Assembly (NCBI GenBank): GCA_003151625.1
Contig: PLYC01000007.1
Span: 2,929 to 66,928, forward strand
Length of the DNA stretch: 64,000 nucleotides
Source of the DNA: Candidatus Doudnabacteria bacterium
Lineage (GTDB): Bacteria > Patescibacteriota > Doudnabacteria > UBA920
Direction: 5' to 3'
In this document: positions 44,936-54,986 of the stretch, one piece after another
Position numbering within the stretch: position 1 is the first letter of the stretch
How the letters are laid out: every line of letters starts with the position of its first letter
Notes under the pieces: generated by a model
The model's database searches: none
The model's input: the letters and a program-made list of their open reading frames with translations, nothing else
Told to the model about the DNA's origin: nothing
Program-made: the position numbers and the translations under genes

Positions 44936-45736
44936 ATGCAACAACATAAGTTTTCTACGCTCACCATCGGTGCGATGGTGATTTTGGCCATGCTCTTGAC
45001 CGGTTGCGGTAAGGGCACGGATGTTGTCACCGGTCATCTGCCGGTGTCAGCTGCGCTTGCTCAAGTTCGGGAGGCAATCGTACCCCTACCGCCGGCCAAA
45101 CGGGCGGCGTACATGCAGCAGCATTTCCCTGATTTGGGTCAGCAGCTAGTCTGGTTCCTGCGGGAACACAACACGCTGCCGAACGGCGCCACCGTGCAGA
45201 ACGTTGAGTTCTTTGCCGGTTCCTTGGAGAAGGTGAAAGCCGAGGACGGCAACGGCGTGACCAACGAGGGGTTCTTCGAGAACCAACTCGTGGCGCGCGT
45301 CCACATCGTGGGGCAGCAAAAGCCGGTGGATGTCATCGTTTCTTGTCTTAATGGCGCGTTTAATCTGCCGGGTAATCTCGTACAGGCTGGCATGACACCG
45401 CTCGGAACCCAGACCCCGGTCGAAAGGTTCACCATTGCCAACGGCGAGGGAATTGTTCCCCATGTGGGGTACATCACCGCAGTAGAGCTTGCCCGAAAGC
45501 ACCACATTATGCTGTATCGTGGCAAGAAGCAGGATCCCGTCCATATCATCTCCTACGACGAGGCGCTGAAGGCGGACACCGACCAGACGCAGATTACTGC
45601 CGGGGTGAAGCCGGGCGACAAGTTTGACCTCATCGCTGGCGCGTATACTCCGGCGCCTAAGGCGGCGCCTCGCAAGCACCTGCGCGCTCCTGTTGGGAAG
45701 CGGGCGAAGGTGAAGCGGATCTCGTTTCGCCGCTAG
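44936..45736 (+). CDS. High-GC lipoprotein, hypothetical
   Basis: Lipobox LLTGC. Strong RBS aaggagggg. Approx 60% GC versus AT-rich flanks. Terminator follows. Confidence 0.55.
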   Translation: MQQHKFSTLTIGAMVILAMLLTGCGKGTDVVTGHLPVSAALAQVREAIVPLPPAKRAAYMQQHFPDLGQQLVWFLREHNTLPNGATVQNVEFFAGSLEKVKAEDGNGVTNEGFFENQLVARVHIVGQQKPVDVIVSCLNGAFNLPGNLVQAGMTPLGTQTPVERFTIANGEGIVPHVGYITAVELARKHHIMLYRGKKQDPVHIISYDEALKADTDQTQITAGVKPGDKFDLIAGAYTPAPKAAPRKHLRAPVGKRAKVKRISFRR

Positions 45737-45767
45737 TAGTGACCGAATACTATTGGGAGGCCACCCC

Positions 45768-45809
45768 CGGGCGATCACACAACACGTTGTGATCGCCTGA
45801 TTTTTTTTG
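45768..45809 (+). terminator. Rho-independent terminator
   Basis: gggcgatcacacaacacgttgtgatcgcc plus T8. Confidence 0.7.
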
Positions 45810-45916
45810 CCAAAGAAAAATTTCGAGATGGTACAAAATAGAACCAGCCGATAAACCCGTCTCGACCGGCTCATCGAGCCGAGGTGGATCGGCGCGCTAC
45901 ATTTAATTAAATTAAA

Positions 45917-45957
45917 ACAATGGGCACCATTGCGCAGCGCAATGGTGCCCATTGTTG
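45917..45957. repeat. CAATGGGCACCATTG hairpin repeat, copy 1 (terminator of hppA on the minus strand)
   Basis: aacaatgggcaccattgcgcagcgcaatggtgcccattgtt. Second copy at 56635-56675 differs only in loop. Confidence 0.55.
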
Positions 45958-45970
45958 GGTTTGCAGACCG

Positions 45971-48040
45971 TTACGGTTTCAGGAATTTTACTAGCAACAG
46001 CGCCACAATATTTATTATTTTTATCATCGGATTTATTGCCGGGCCCGCGGTGTCTTTGTACGGGTCGCCGACGGTGTCGCCGGTAACAGCGGCTTTGTGG
46101 GCATCGCTGCCTTTGCCCCCGTAGTTGCCTTCCTCAATATATTTTTTGGCATTGTCCCAGGCCGCGCCGCCCGTGGTCATGGAAATTCCCACAAATAATC
46201 CGGTCACTATACAACCAACTAAAAGTCCGGCTAAAGCCGCGGCTCCCAAAAACAATCCAACTAAAATCGGCACCACAACCGGAATTAAAGCCGGAATAAT
46301 CATTTCCTTAATGGCGGCTTTGGTGACAATATCTACAGCGCGCGAATAATCCGGTTTGGCCGTACCTTCCATAATCCCTTTAATTTCCCGGAACTGGCGG
46401 CGCACTTCTTCCACAACGGCTTTAGCCGCATTGCCGACTGCGGACATCGCGATTGATGCGAACAGGTAAGGCAAAAGTCCGCCAATAAGCAAGCCCACTA
46501 AAACTCTGCTGTTGGAAAGATCAAACACAGTGGAAATTCCGTTCTTAGCAAGTTCCTGGGTGTAAGCGGCAAACAAAACCATAGCGGCTAAACCGGCCGA
46601 GGCAATGGCGTATCCTTTGGTAACGGCCTTAGTGGTGTTTCCAACCGCGTCCAGCGGGTCGGTAACGTCGCGCACGCTCTGGTCGAGTCCGGCCATTTCG
46701 GCAATGCCGCCGGCGTTATCGGTAATCGGGCCAAAAGCGTCTATGGCCACCACAATTCCGGTTAACGACAACATGCTCATTACGGTCAGCGCGATTCCAT
46801 ACAAACCGGCCAAATGGAACGACAGCAAGATTGCGCAAACAATTACCAAAACCGGAGCGGCCGTGGACTGCATGCCAACCGCAATGCCCTTAATAATGTT
46901 GGTGCCGTGTCCGGTGGTTGAAGCCGCGGCAATATCCTTAACCGGGGAAAAAGATTTGGAAGTATAGTATTCGGTAATTATGGTTATAAGTCCGGTGACT
47001 GCCAATCCAATTAGCGCGCAGTAAAAAAGATTACTAACCGTATATGTGCCGTTGTCCGCCATAACTTTTTGCGTTATCGGCCAAAAAGCTATGGCGCTTA
47101 AAATTCCGGTAACCGCGAAACCTTTATACATCGCGCCTATAATATTTTTGGACTTGCCAAGCTTAACAAACCAGGTTCCGACAATAGTGGTAACAATGGA
47201 AACGGCGCCAATCATTAACGGATAAATTATGGCGTTTGTGTAGCCCGGAAAAAGCGCTGACCCCAGTAGAATTACCGCCACGGCGGAAACCACGTAAGTT
47301 TCAAATAAATCCGCGGCCATACCGGCGCAGTCTCCAACATTGTCGCCCACGTTGTCGGCAATAACGCCGGGGTTGCGCGGATCATCTTCCGGAATACCGG
47401 CCTCAACTTTGCCAACCATATCGGTTCCAACGTCTGCCCCTTTGGTAAATATCCCTCCGCCCAAACGGGCAAATACGGAAATTAAGGAAGCGCCAAAAGC
47501 CAGACCCGCCAAAGCGGAAAGATCAAAGTCTCCGCCGGCCGTGCATTGGTTGACGTCGCCAAGATTAATGCAGGGACCGCCGGCAGTTTTGGTAGCCATT
47601 AAAAACCCGGTCACAGCCAACAGACCGAGCCCGACTACAAATAAACCGGTTACTGAACCGCCTTCAAAAGCTAAAGACAATGCCGAACCCAGCCCTTTTT
47701 TAGCGGCTTCGGCTGTGCGCACGTTTGCCCTAACCGAAACATTCATCCCGACAAATCCGGCCACCGCGGAAAGTACCGCGCCTAAAACAAAACTTTCCAT
47801 AGTGTGCGCAGAAAAATGCGCCAACCACATTAAAATTAAAATTATCACGGCCACCAGCCCTACGGTTTTATATTGTCTGGACAAGTACGCTTTGGCGCCG
47901 TCCTGTATGGCGGCGGCAATTTCCAGCATTTTTCCGTGGCCGGCGGGCTGTTTGAGTATCTTAAAAATTAAAAACACGCCGTAAAGGAGGGCTAAAACCG
48001 CGGCTCCCAAGGCGTAAAACAAATACGTGGTCTCATTCAT
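45971..48040 (-). CDS. hppA: Membrane-bound H+/Na+-translocating pyrophosphatase
   Basis: [40 protein letters not shown], 689 aa, about 15 TM helices. Confidence 0.9.
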   Translation of the reverse strand: MNETTYLFYALGAAVLALLYGVFLIFKILKQPAGHGKMLEIAAAIQDGAKAYLSRQYKTVGLVAVIILILMWLAHFSAHTMESFVLGAVLSAVAGFVGMNVSVRANVRTAEAAKKGLGSALSLAFEGGSVTGLFVVGLGLLAVTGFLMATKTAGGPCINLGDVNQCTAGGDFDLSALAGLAFGASLISVFARLGGGIFTKGADVGTDMVGKVEAGIPEDDPRNPGVIADNVGDNVGDCAGMAADLFETYVVSAVAVILLGSALFPGYTNAIIYPLMIGAVSIVTTIVGTWFVKLGKSKNIIGAMYKGFAVTGILSAIAFWPITQKVMADNGTYTVSNLFYCALIGLAVTGLITIITEYYTSKSFSPVKDIAAASTTGHGTNIIKGIAVGMQSTAAPVLVIVCAILLSFHLAGLYGIALTVMSMLSLTGIVVAIDAFGPITDNAGGIAEMAGLDQSVRDVTDPLDAVGNTTKAVTKGYAIASAGLAAMVLFAAYTQELAKNGISTVFDLSNSRVLVGLLIGGLLPYLFASIAMSAVGNAAKAVVEEVRRQFREIKGIMEGTAKPDYSRAVDIVTKAAIKEMIIPALIPVVVPILVGLFLGAAALAGLLVGCIVTGLFVGISMTTGGAAWDNAKKYIEEGNYGGKGSDAHKAAVTGDTVGDPYKDTAGPAINPMIKIINIVALLLVKFLKP

Positions 48041-48149
48041 ATGGGGTGGTAAAAGTTAATAATATCTTGTATAATTATAGGGCAATTTTTTAAAAAGTCA
48101 AAGGGTGTAAAAAATCGAATTCGCCAATTAGACGGTATAGTCATCCGAC

Positions 48150-48290
48150 GTGCCGTCCCGTCGAATGACAGGGGAGAATCAACGCGGGATAACGAATGTC
48201 GATATCCGGAGATTCGTAGTCATTCGCAGATTCGCCCGCCTCGCGTCGACGCGAGTCGAGGCGGGTTTCATTCGTAAATTCGATATATTT
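48150..48290. repeat. GC-clamped palindromic region related to the 'cgaaat' family
   Basis: gcccgcctcgcgtcgacgcgagtcgaggcggg hairpin flanked by attcgcagattcg / ttcattcgtaaattcgat. Confidence 0.35.
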
Positions 48291-48292
48291 TT

Positions 48293-48466
48293 ATGTTCAA
48301 ATTCAACAACCCCAGAACTTACAGCCTGCTAACCGGAATTATTTTGTTCCTGGTCGGTTTTTGCGGTTTTGCGTTTCCAAATATTTTCAACCTTCCCGGC
48401 GGTTATTTATTTGCCAATCTTGTTTTGGGCTTTTGGGGGATTGTAGTGGGTATAAATAAAAAGTAA
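48293..48466 (+). CDS. 57-aa two-TM small membrane protein
   Basis: MFKFNNPRTYSLLTGIILFLVGFCGFAF...LVLGFWGIVVGINKK. Below the ORF-track cutoff. Confidence 0.35.
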   Translation: MFKFNNPRTYSLLTGIILFLVGFCGFAFPNIFNLPGGYLFANLVLGFWGIVVGINKK

Positions 48467-48538
48467 TAAATAATAGATAAAAAATAAGACACCATTTGCA
48501 TGATGGTATCTTATTTTAAATTAGAACTAATATTAACT

Positions 48539-49090
48539 CTAAAACTTTACCGTGTGAACCAAAGCGCTAAAATCCGGAACCAGACTCATGGACATACCAA
48601 CATCAAAAGTATAGTAATTGTTGTTTGCTTCAATGCCGTAAAGAGCATCGTTTACATTTAAGGCTGTTTGTCCGTTTATAGTTTCGGTTTTGGTGGGTAG
48701 GCCATCCATTACATAAAATTCTTTGGGGTTTATGTAAATTTTAATATTATAATATTTTGACCCCGGGTCAATTTGTAAAACAATATAGCCGTTTTTGTTT
48801 ACAGCCGGTAAAACTTTCCAACCGGGCTTATATAAAAAACTCAAACCGTCTTTAGAATCGTTATAGGTTTTCCAACCCGAGGTGTCTACTGCCGGCGTAG
48901 TTGGGACAGGAGTTGGCGTCGGCGCGGTGTCGACATTTGTGATTTTTGTCTGGGTGTGTGTAACGCTGTTTGGTTTGACGGAAATATTTCCTGCTGAATT
49001 TGCCCAAAGTAACAAACACAGGTAAGTGCCCACAACTGCAAAGCAAAAAAGGGCAATAAAAGTTTTTGATTGTGCGGAAATTTTTGGCAT
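48539..49090 (-). CDS. Hypothetical exported protein (signal anchor, TPTPVPTTP linker)
   Basis: N-terminal TM, Thr/Pro linker, and beta-rich domain. Confidence 0.5.
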   Translation of the reverse strand: MPKISAQSKTFIALFCFAVVGTYLCLLLWANSAGNISVKPNSVTHTQTKITNVDTAPTPTPVPTTPAVDTSGWKTYNDSKDGLSFLYKPGWKVLPAVNKNGYIVLQIDPGSKYYNIKIYINPKEFYVMDGLPTKTETINGQTALNVNDALYGIEANNNYYTFDVGMSMSLVPDFSALVHTVKF

Positions 49091-49160
49091 TTTAGCTTTT
49101 GTTTCGCGGTTGATTGTTAACTGATTTTATTATAAATCTTTGTTAAACTGCAGTCAAATG

Positions 49161-49367
49161 TTATTTTGACGTACCAAAAAGCTTGTCCAACCCGGCGTTA
49201 TTTCCACAGTAATAAATATGTGAAGTTAAATTTACGCAGTATCCTGGATTTTTACTGACATAAGAATACTTGGGCAAAAACCAATAAAGAAAAAGAATAA
49301 CTATCGCAATAGCTATATAAATAACAATTTTCAGGACTTTGAGCATTTTTGGTGTCTTAGCATTCAA
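49161..49367 (-). CDS. Small membrane protein
   Basis: 68 aa with one TM (VLKIVIYIAIAIVILFLYWFL). Confidence 0.3.
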   Translation of the reverse strand: MNAKTPKMLKVLKIVIYIAIAIVILFLYWFLPKYSYVSKNPGYCVNLTSHIYYCGNNAGLDKLFGTSK

Positions 49368-49479
49368 TTCTACGTCTAAAGTCTACCATAGCTTGAAAAA
49401 AGCCTCAAGAATTGCTAAACTACTCCAAGTACTGTCTGGGTTGTCCTATTTTGATCCGGATAAGACCTAAGTAAGTTAT

Positions 49480-49553
49480 TGCCCGGTAGCCAAGCGGTAA
49501 GGCAGAGGACTCTGAATCCTCCATCGTAGGTTCGAATCCTACCCGGGCAGCCA
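49480..49553 (+). tRNA. tRNA-Gln (anticodon CTG)
   Basis: TGCCCGG...CCGGGCA acceptor. AGCCAAGCGGTAAGGCA D-arm, identical to the E. coli tRNA-Gln pattern. Anticodon loop CTCTGAA. T-arm GTAGG-TTCGAAT-CCTAC. Discriminator G plus CCA. Confidence 0.9.
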
Positions 49554-49559
49554 ACGTTT

Positions 49560-49597
49560 TTCACCAATGTTTATTGGTGATTTTTTGTTTAAGATAA
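49560..49597 (+). terminator. Rho-independent terminator after tRNA-Gln
   Basis: caccaatgtttattggtg attttttg. The same hairpin is duplicated inside repeats Q1 and Q2. Confidence 0.7.
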
Positions 49598-49684
49598 TAT
49601 TATTTTTGTCTTGACTTTGTCAGATTGTTATCGTACTATGGCGGTACAGCGTAAGCTGTAATTCTCAAATATGCAAGAGGAAAT

Positions 49685-49873
49685 ATGAACGGATACGTTG
49701 CGTTTTTGATTTCGTGTTTGATTTGCGGGGTTGTGGCAGCCTGGATTGCCAAGCTCAAAGGCAGGGACCCGCTGACATGGTTTTTGATCGGTGTGGTCAT
49801 TAACATCGTGGCCGTCGGAATAATCCTCGGCTGCAAGAAGGCCATGCAAAAAACAGGTGCATACCATGGCTGA
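49685..49873 (+). CDS. Cassette gene: 62-aa small membrane protein (weak GlsB-like pattern)
   Basis: GVVAAWIAKLKGRDPLTWFLIGVVINIVAVGII. Confidence 0.4.
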   Translation: MNGYVAFLISCLICGVVAAWIAKLKGRDPLTWFLIGVVINIVAVGIILGCKKAMQKTGAYHG

Positions 49874-50876
49874 CACAATCGACAAGCTGGAAGGGCTATT
49901 TGGCCCTATCGCAGACAGCATACGCCGGCTGCCGGCAGGGCTGAAATTCCTGGTTTACGGGGTTATCGTCCTGTACGTATTCATGCTCCTCTCAGAGATT
50001 CTGGGTGCGCATTGGATATACGGCGGCATCCTCACAGCGGTGCAGAATACCGCCGGCGTCACAAACACCTATTTGGCCAAAGCCTTAAGCTTTGCGCTAA
50101 CCATGATAACCTACTGGGTCGGACCGAAGGTTCTGAAGTACTGGCTTTTGTTCGACCGCAAGGGAGCGGCGATTTTTACCACCATGCTGTACTGCGGCTG
50201 GCTGGTGATTCTCTACTTCCTTTCTACCTCTGGGTCTAACTTCGTTCCCGCTACGGGGGAAGCTCGCAAGAACTACTACCGCGATGCCAATGGCAGAATT
50301 GAGTTGTTCCCTCGCGACTTCAAGTTTCACCCGACTCTGGGGGTTGAACTGCAGACGGTGACGCCTGAAGTAATGGCGGAATACGCGAAGGCTAACGGCC
50401 AGCTTCCGAACCAAAGTCCTGAAAAATTAGAGGTCTCCAGCCCACGGGAACGACAATACCAGTTCACGCCTTCTGTCCAATTTGTGAAGAGCAAATCTGG
50501 CTACTCAGATCACCTCTCTTTTTGGGTTGAAAGCATACGGGACAATGGCGAAGAATTTTTGGTCGGATTGGCTGTCAAATGTCCCGAAGGTGACAGTAGC
50601 TCTTCATGTTTGCTTTTCGATGGAACAGGATTCTCTTCCAATATAAAAAGCTACCTCACCACTCAAGATGGACGGGCTCTAGAAATTGAAAAGAATGCTG
50701 CCCACTTTAATCACTACAACCCACAAATGTCTAACAGCCTTTTTCGAACCATCTTGCCTGGTGAAACTTTCAGGTTTGATGCGATGTTCAAACCGTACCA
50801 GGACAACACCCAAACGCTTACCCTGCACTACCCAAGCTATGAGCCCATAACTCTGCAGTTAACCGGAGTGATGTAA
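49866..50876 (+). CDS. Cassette gene: membrane-anchored hypothetical protein (approx 336 aa)
   Basis: Overlaps the previous stop by 8 nt. Four TM segments then soluble Cys-containing domain. Elevated GC. Confidence 0.5.
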   Translation: MADTIDKLEGLFGPIADSIRRLPAGLKFLVYGVIVLYVFMLLSEILGAHWIYGGILTAVQNTAGVTNTYLAKALSFALTMITYWVGPKVLKYWLLFDRKGAAIFTTMLYCGWLVILYFLSTSGSNFVPATGEARKNYYRDANGRIELFPRDFKFHPTLGVELQTVTPEVMAEYAKANGQLPNQSPEKLEVSSPRERQYQFTPSVQFVKSKSGYSDHLSFWVESIRDNGEEFLVGLAVKCPEGDSSSSCLLFDGTGFSSNIKSYLTTQDGRALEIEKNAAHFNHYNPQMSNSLFRTILPGETFRFDAMFKPYQDNTQTLTLHYPSYEPITLQLTGVM

Positions 50877-50933
50877 GGTGTGACGGCTCAACATCTTTGG
50901 TTTAATCGTCTGGCTGTTAATCCGCTGATACGC

Positions 50934-51003
50934 CTAAAGGTTCCGCACGTGGCCGATACCAAACGTGCACCGCCCCCGATACGGTATATTGTCGGGATTT
51001 TCT
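50934..51003 (+). repeat. 65-nt double-hairpin repeat, copy 1
   Basis: aaggttccgcacgtggccgataccaaacgtgcaccgcccccgatacggtatattgtcgggatttt has gcacgt/acgtgc and cccga/tcggg hairpins plus a U-tract. Second copy at 52608-52680. Confidence 0.55.
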
Positions 51004-51029
51004 ATTTTAAAATAAATTCAGGGTGCTTT

Positions 51030-51100
51030 ATTATTTCCGTTCGAACATCGTCCCACAAGGCCAGCCAACGATTTTCACCAATGTCTATTGGTGTTTTTTG
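51030..51100 (+). repeat. Q1: pseudo-tRNA-Gln 3'-end repeat plus duplicated terminator
   Basis: tatttccgttcgaacatcgtcccacaaggccagccaacg plus caccaatgtctattggtgtttttt. Compare tRNA-Gln 3' ggttcgaatcctacccgggcagccaacg plus the same terminator. Confidence 0.65.
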
Positions 51101-51233
51101 TTAGCCAAAAATTACTTTTGAACAAATTTATCATTGTTTTTTTATTAAGCCTGAACTATGGACAAGCGTTGACTTTTTTGATACAATATTTGGTCTCTTA
51201 GTTTCAAGCTAAGAGCAAGGAGGAAGTGCAGAA

Positions 51234-51665
51234 ATGCGCCTAACAGCACAAATCACAACGGAAAGCCTGGCTCGCTTCGTCGGTGGCGAAGCTGAAATTC
51301 AGAATCAGTTTGAGGATTATCTATTTCGCGCCGAAATCGCCGACATCAAGGTCGATCACGGCAGCTTGGTTATCAAGTTTGCCTGGTGCGCCAAGAATCG
51401 GGGCGGTCCATTCGGAGGAGAGAAAGGCCCGAGCCCCGACTGGGACAACGAGACCAACACGGATTACTCGGCCAGCCTGGAAATCTACAACCCTTCCGAC
51501 CTCGGGGATGGACGGATGACGTTCCAATCGCCCATCACGCACGAAACGGTCGTTCTGTTCCCGGCGGATGACAGCAAGATGAACCCGGAACGGATTCACG
51601 ATTTCCCCGAACACCTCAAGGATAAGCAGACGCAGAAGTGGCGCGAATGGGAAGCCAGCCGTTAG
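51234..51665 (+). CDS. Cassette gene: hypothetical 143-aa protein, high GC
   Basis: Strong SD gcaaggagga. No recognisable domain. Confidence 0.5.
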   Translation: MRLTAQITTESLARFVGGEAEIQNQFEDYLFRAEIADIKVDHGSLVIKFAWCAKNRGGPFGGEKGPSPDWDNETNTDYSASLEIYNPSDLGDGRMTFQSPITHETVVLFPADDSKMNPERIHDFPEHLKDKQTQKWREWEASR

Positions 51666-51744
51666 CCCGCGTTCATTTCGGCAGCATCACTTGGAGCGTT
51701 TGCCTCACCGGAGTATCGGTGGGGCAAACGCTTCTTCATTTTGT

Positions 51745-51818
51745 TTCATTATTGTTCGAACATCGTCCCACAAGGCCAGCCAACGTTTTTCACCAATGTT
51801 TATTGGTGTTTTTTTGTA
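51745..51818 (+). repeat. Q2: pseudo-tRNA-Gln 3'-end repeat plus duplicated terminator
   Basis: attattgttcgaacatcgtcccacaaggccagccaacg plus caccaatgtttattggtgttttttt. Confidence 0.65.
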
Positions 51819-51952
51819 AGGCCATAAGTTATTTTTGAACAAATTTTTATTAAAAGTACCATGGACATAAGACAATATTTTTATTATACTAAAGGGTCTT
51901 TTAGGCAGGAATGGTTTGAAGCCTAGCCGAAGAGGACAGAGGAGAAACGACC

Positions 51953-52321
51953 ATGAAGAGGGTTGTTATCGTAAATGCCGGCGGCCGGATGAGCTCGTCT
52001 GCTGAAAAGAGTGATTACCAGCCTATGGTAGATTACCTGGTGCGGCACATCAGCGGGCTTACAAGTCCGAGCTGTGCAGGTGAGAAGGCCGCCACCGTCC
52101 AGGTTGTTACCTCCGTGGCGGAAGCCCGGGAGCTCATTTATCGGGCGGACGTGATGTTCTTCATGACTTTGGGATTGGTACAGGACGCCCGCAGGATGAA
52201 GGCGGCCAACCCAAACGTTAAGGTGATAGTCTTAACCGGACTGTTGCCGGAAAAAGAGGTTGTACTCGTCGACAAGGGCTGGCTATGCCCCGAGGTGGTG
52301 GAAAACTTGGTAACCGATTAG
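51953..52321 (+). CDS. Cassette gene: hypothetical 122-aa protein, high GC
   Basis: SD gaggagaaacgacc upstream of ATG. Confidence 0.5.
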   Translation: MKRVVIVNAGGRMSSSAEKSDYQPMVDYLVRHISGLTSPSCAGEKAATVQVVTSVAEARELIYRADVMFFMTLGLVQDARRMKAANPNVKVIVLTGLLPEKEVVLVDKGWLCPEVVENLVTD

Positions 52322-52372
52322 GCCGAAGGAGGAAAAAGAAAAGCGCCAATCAAGCAAGTGAGGAGGTGAGCT

Positions 52373-52606
52373 ATGGTGTATTGCGACAGAAATTTCGAAG
52401 AACTGATTACGGAGATGGTAACGCACCCGGGTCGTTGTATGCGTATTACTGAGAACGAGATGAAAACGCTTTTGGGACACGGCGGACAGATTTTGTCAGT
52501 ACAAGAATCCAGAAACTCCTGCCCGGAGTCTTTCTGGGTGGAAGTCTGGATTCAGGACGGTTATTTTTTCGCGGATTGCAAAACCGATCCTCGCCCCAAG
52601 CCCTAA
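52373..52606 (+). CDS. Cassette gene: hypothetical 77-aa protein
   Basis: SD gaggaggtgagct upstream of ATG. Confidence 0.45.
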   Translation: MVYCDRNFEELITEMVTHPGRCMRITENEMKTLLGHGGQILSVQESRNSCPESFWVEVWIQDGYFFADCKTDPRPKP

Positions 52607-52607
52607 C

Positions 52608-52680
52608 GCTCAAGGTTCCGCACGTGGCCGATACCCGAACGTGCACCGCCCCCGATACGGTATATTGTCGGGATTTTGTT
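52608..52680 (+). repeat. 65-nt double-hairpin repeat, copy 2
   Basis: Near-identical to 50934-51003 (one indel). Confidence 0.55.
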
Positions 52681-52714
52681 TTGTTTCAATTTCAAATATA
52701 AACCCTATTTTTGC

Positions 52715-52752
52715 CAATTCCGTTCCCACTTGGTAAAATAAGGCCAGCCAAG
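52715..52752 (+). repeat. Q3: pseudo-tRNA-Gln 3'-end repeat (ttggtaaaat subfamily)
   Basis: caattccgttcccacttggtaaaataaggccagccaag. Confidence 0.55.
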
Positions 52753-52784
52753 TATTTAAACCACCACAATCAAAAAACACAAAA

Positions 52785-54209
52785 ATGCCAGAAAAATTCC
52801 TGAACTCAAAATTTATATTTTCAAGTTTAGCTATATTACTAATTGCGGGCTACGGATTTTTATTATTTTACAAACTTGGCAGTCATCCCATTGTTGATTG
52901 GGACGAGGGAATATATGCCCAAGTAGCCAGACAGTCGTTTGAAAATCACACCATAGCAGATTTGTATTACTATGGCGCCATTAGTCCACAAAATCCAACC
53001 GGATTATGGTTTGAAAAGCCGCCTTTGATGATTTGGCTAATTGAGTTTTCCTACTTGATATTCGGGGTTACGGAATTCGCGGCTCGATTCTGGAGCGCAT
53101 TTTTTGCCCTGGGGATTGTGATATTAAGCTACTATTTTGCCGTTCGTCTGTTTAAATCGCGGGTAGTAGGGCTAATGACTTTGGCAACTTTTTATTTAGC
53201 CCACTTTTTTATTACGCAATCATGGTATTTAAAATTTGATATCCCTGTAACCTTTTTTATTTTATTGTCTTTTTTCGGCTTTGAGCGGGCTCGAAATAAT
53301 AAAAAGTTTTTTTTGCTGTTTTGGACAGCCGTTGGCTTGGGCGTTCTAACCAAAAGTGTTATTGGCCTGTTACCTTTGCCGATTATTGCTATATACGCCC
53401 TTATTCGCAAGGATAGCGGTTTTTTAAAGGAGCACTATTTTTATTACGGGGCTTTGCTTTGTTTAGCGATTATTTTGCCTTGGCACTTAATAGAAACTTT
53501 CCGTTACGGAACAAATTTTTGGAAAACATACTTTGGTTATCATATTTTGGAAAGATACGCAAAACCCTTAGAAGCACATAGCGGGTCTTTTTGGTATTAT
53601 GCTTTGCAAATGAAAGATAATTTGATTTTAGCCGGTTTGTCAGTAGTTGGTCTGGCTAATTTTTTATGGAGGGCAGTTTCAGATAAAAATAACGAAAGAG
53701 GTCATTTGCTTATTGCAATACAGGTAATTTTTATATTCTTATTTTTTAGCGTCGCGGGCACCAAGTTGGCGGGTTATATGTCGGTAATTTATCCATTTTT
53801 AATAATTATGGTTGCCAAGACAATTTATGATATTTTTTTCTTGAGCAAAAATAATTTATTTAGGGTAATAGGGCTATCTACCATTTCCTTATTATTCATC
53901 GTTTCCGCTTTTATATTTAACGCCAGCAAAATAAACGATAACGGCTATTTCAGTCATTATTACTATGAGAACAAAGCATTTATGCAGTTTGCTTTACAAA
54001 ATTACCCTAACTTAAATATTTTAGTTTATCATCGGGATTTGCCGGCTCTAATATTTTACGCTGACAAACGGGTCTATATTTGGTCGCCCGCGACAAAAAT
54101 ATCTCCCGGGGCGCTAATTTTTATTTCTCCGGAACAACCTCCATACTCAGACGCTAAACTAATAGCAAAAGGCCAGACCGCAAGTTTATATTTGGTTACA
54201 GTTCAATAA
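52785..54209 (+). CDS. GT-C fold glycosyltransferase, family 39/83 (ArnT/PMT-like)
   Basis: IVDWDEGIYAQVAR...WFEKPPLMIWLIEFSYLIFGVTEFAARFWSAFFAL matches the ArnT/PMT N-terminal loop signature. Approx 12 TM helices. Confidence 0.7.
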   Translation: MPEKFLNSKFIFSSLAILLIAGYGFLLFYKLGSHPIVDWDEGIYAQVARQSFENHTIADLYYYGAISPQNPTGLWFEKPPLMIWLIEFSYLIFGVTEFAARFWSAFFALGIVILSYYFAVRLFKSRVVGLMTLATFYLAHFFITQSWYLKFDIPVTFFILLSFFGFERARNNKKFFLLFWTAVGLGVLTKSVIGLLPLPIIAIYALIRKDSGFLKEHYFYYGALLCLAIILPWHLIETFRYGTNFWKTYFGYHILERYAKPLEAHSGSFWYYALQMKDNLILAGLSVVGLANFLWRAVSDKNNERGHLLIAIQVIFIFLFFSVAGTKLAGYMSVIYPFLIIMVAKTIYDIFFLSKNNLFRVIGLSTISLLFIVSAFIFNASKINDNGYFSHYYYENKAFMQFALQNYPNLNILVYHRDLPALIFYADKRVYIWSPATKISPGALIFISPEQPPYSDAKLIAKGQTASLYLVTVQ

Positions 54210-54242
54210 CGACTAAACAATAAATTGTTAGTATTCTTGGTT

Positions 54243-54281
54243 AATTTCTGTTCCAACTTGGTCAAACAAGGCCAGCCAACT
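54243..54281 (+). repeat. Q4: pseudo-tRNA-Gln 3'-end repeat
   Basis: aatttctgttccaacttggtcaaacaaggccagccaac. Confidence 0.55.
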
Positions 54282-54506
54282 CAAATTTCGCTTTTAATTG
54301 AGCGATTTTTTGTATATCCACTTTCTCCCTTTTTGTTTGGTGCTTTTTGTTTGATAGCTAAATCTCAATTGACAATACCACGAAAAGCCGGTATTCTGTA
54401 TTGTTAATGTCAGCAACAAATTGAGCAGAAAAATTCCGTTCAACTTGCTGCCGAGATGGCACGCCACTTGAGTCTAGGCTCAGTGAACCCGAGATGGGAG
54501 GAATGT

Positions 54507-54986
54507 ATGTTTAGAAAAAGGAACAAAGGCATGGAGCATGAAAGCTCCCAAATGCTGGCGATAGATTTAACGAGAGAGGCGCTAAGGAACTACCTCGGAC
54601 TGTCATTGGATTGGTTACCTCATTGGCTCAGTTTCAACCTCAAGCTTGAACCCATTACCGAGGTAAGTTTGAGCGATGAAGAACAAAGGCATTTAGGCGT
54701 ACACACGTACCCAGAGTGCAAATACGTCTATGATGCGGAACGCACGATTCGCATTAAAGGCTGGATACTTGAGCCTCATATCGGCATAGGGGAGAATGAG
54801 GTCGCCTGCACCTGGGTCTTCCGCAGATACCCCCGGCTCATGCGCACTTGGTTGCCCTACAGCGCCGAATTGCGTATTGAGGGGAACTCATCCACGCCGG
54901 TAATTTGCAGCTTTACACTTAGGACTAAGACAGACAGAGGGATTAATTTCACGATCCCGGTCATGGGCCCGTTCACCCGAGTGTAA
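54507..54986 (+). CDS. Cassette gene: hypothetical 159-aa protein, high GC
   Basis: RBS gggagg 7 nt upstream of in-frame ATG 54507. Confidence 0.45.
   Translation: MFRKRNKGMEHESSQMLAIDLTREALRNYLGLSLDWLPHWLSFNLKLEPITEVSLSDEEQRHLGVHTYPECKYVYDAERTIRIKGWILEPHIGIGENEVACTWVFRRYPRLMRTWLPYSAELRIEGNSSTPVICSFTLRTKTDRGINFTIPVMGPFTRV

Noticed and set aside
45139-45952. Minus-strand ORFs of 136 and 268 aa
   Set aside because: They are antisense to the high-GC lipoprotein gene 44936..45736, which has an RBS, a lipobox and a terminator. These are typical shadow ORFs.
46125-47984. Several + strand ORFs (74, 120 and 214 aa)
   Set aside because: They are antisense to hppA, whose identity is unambiguous.
50880-51104. 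74-aa ORF
   Set aside because: It runs through the 65-nt double-hairpin repeat and the Q1 repeat and terminator. No RBS.
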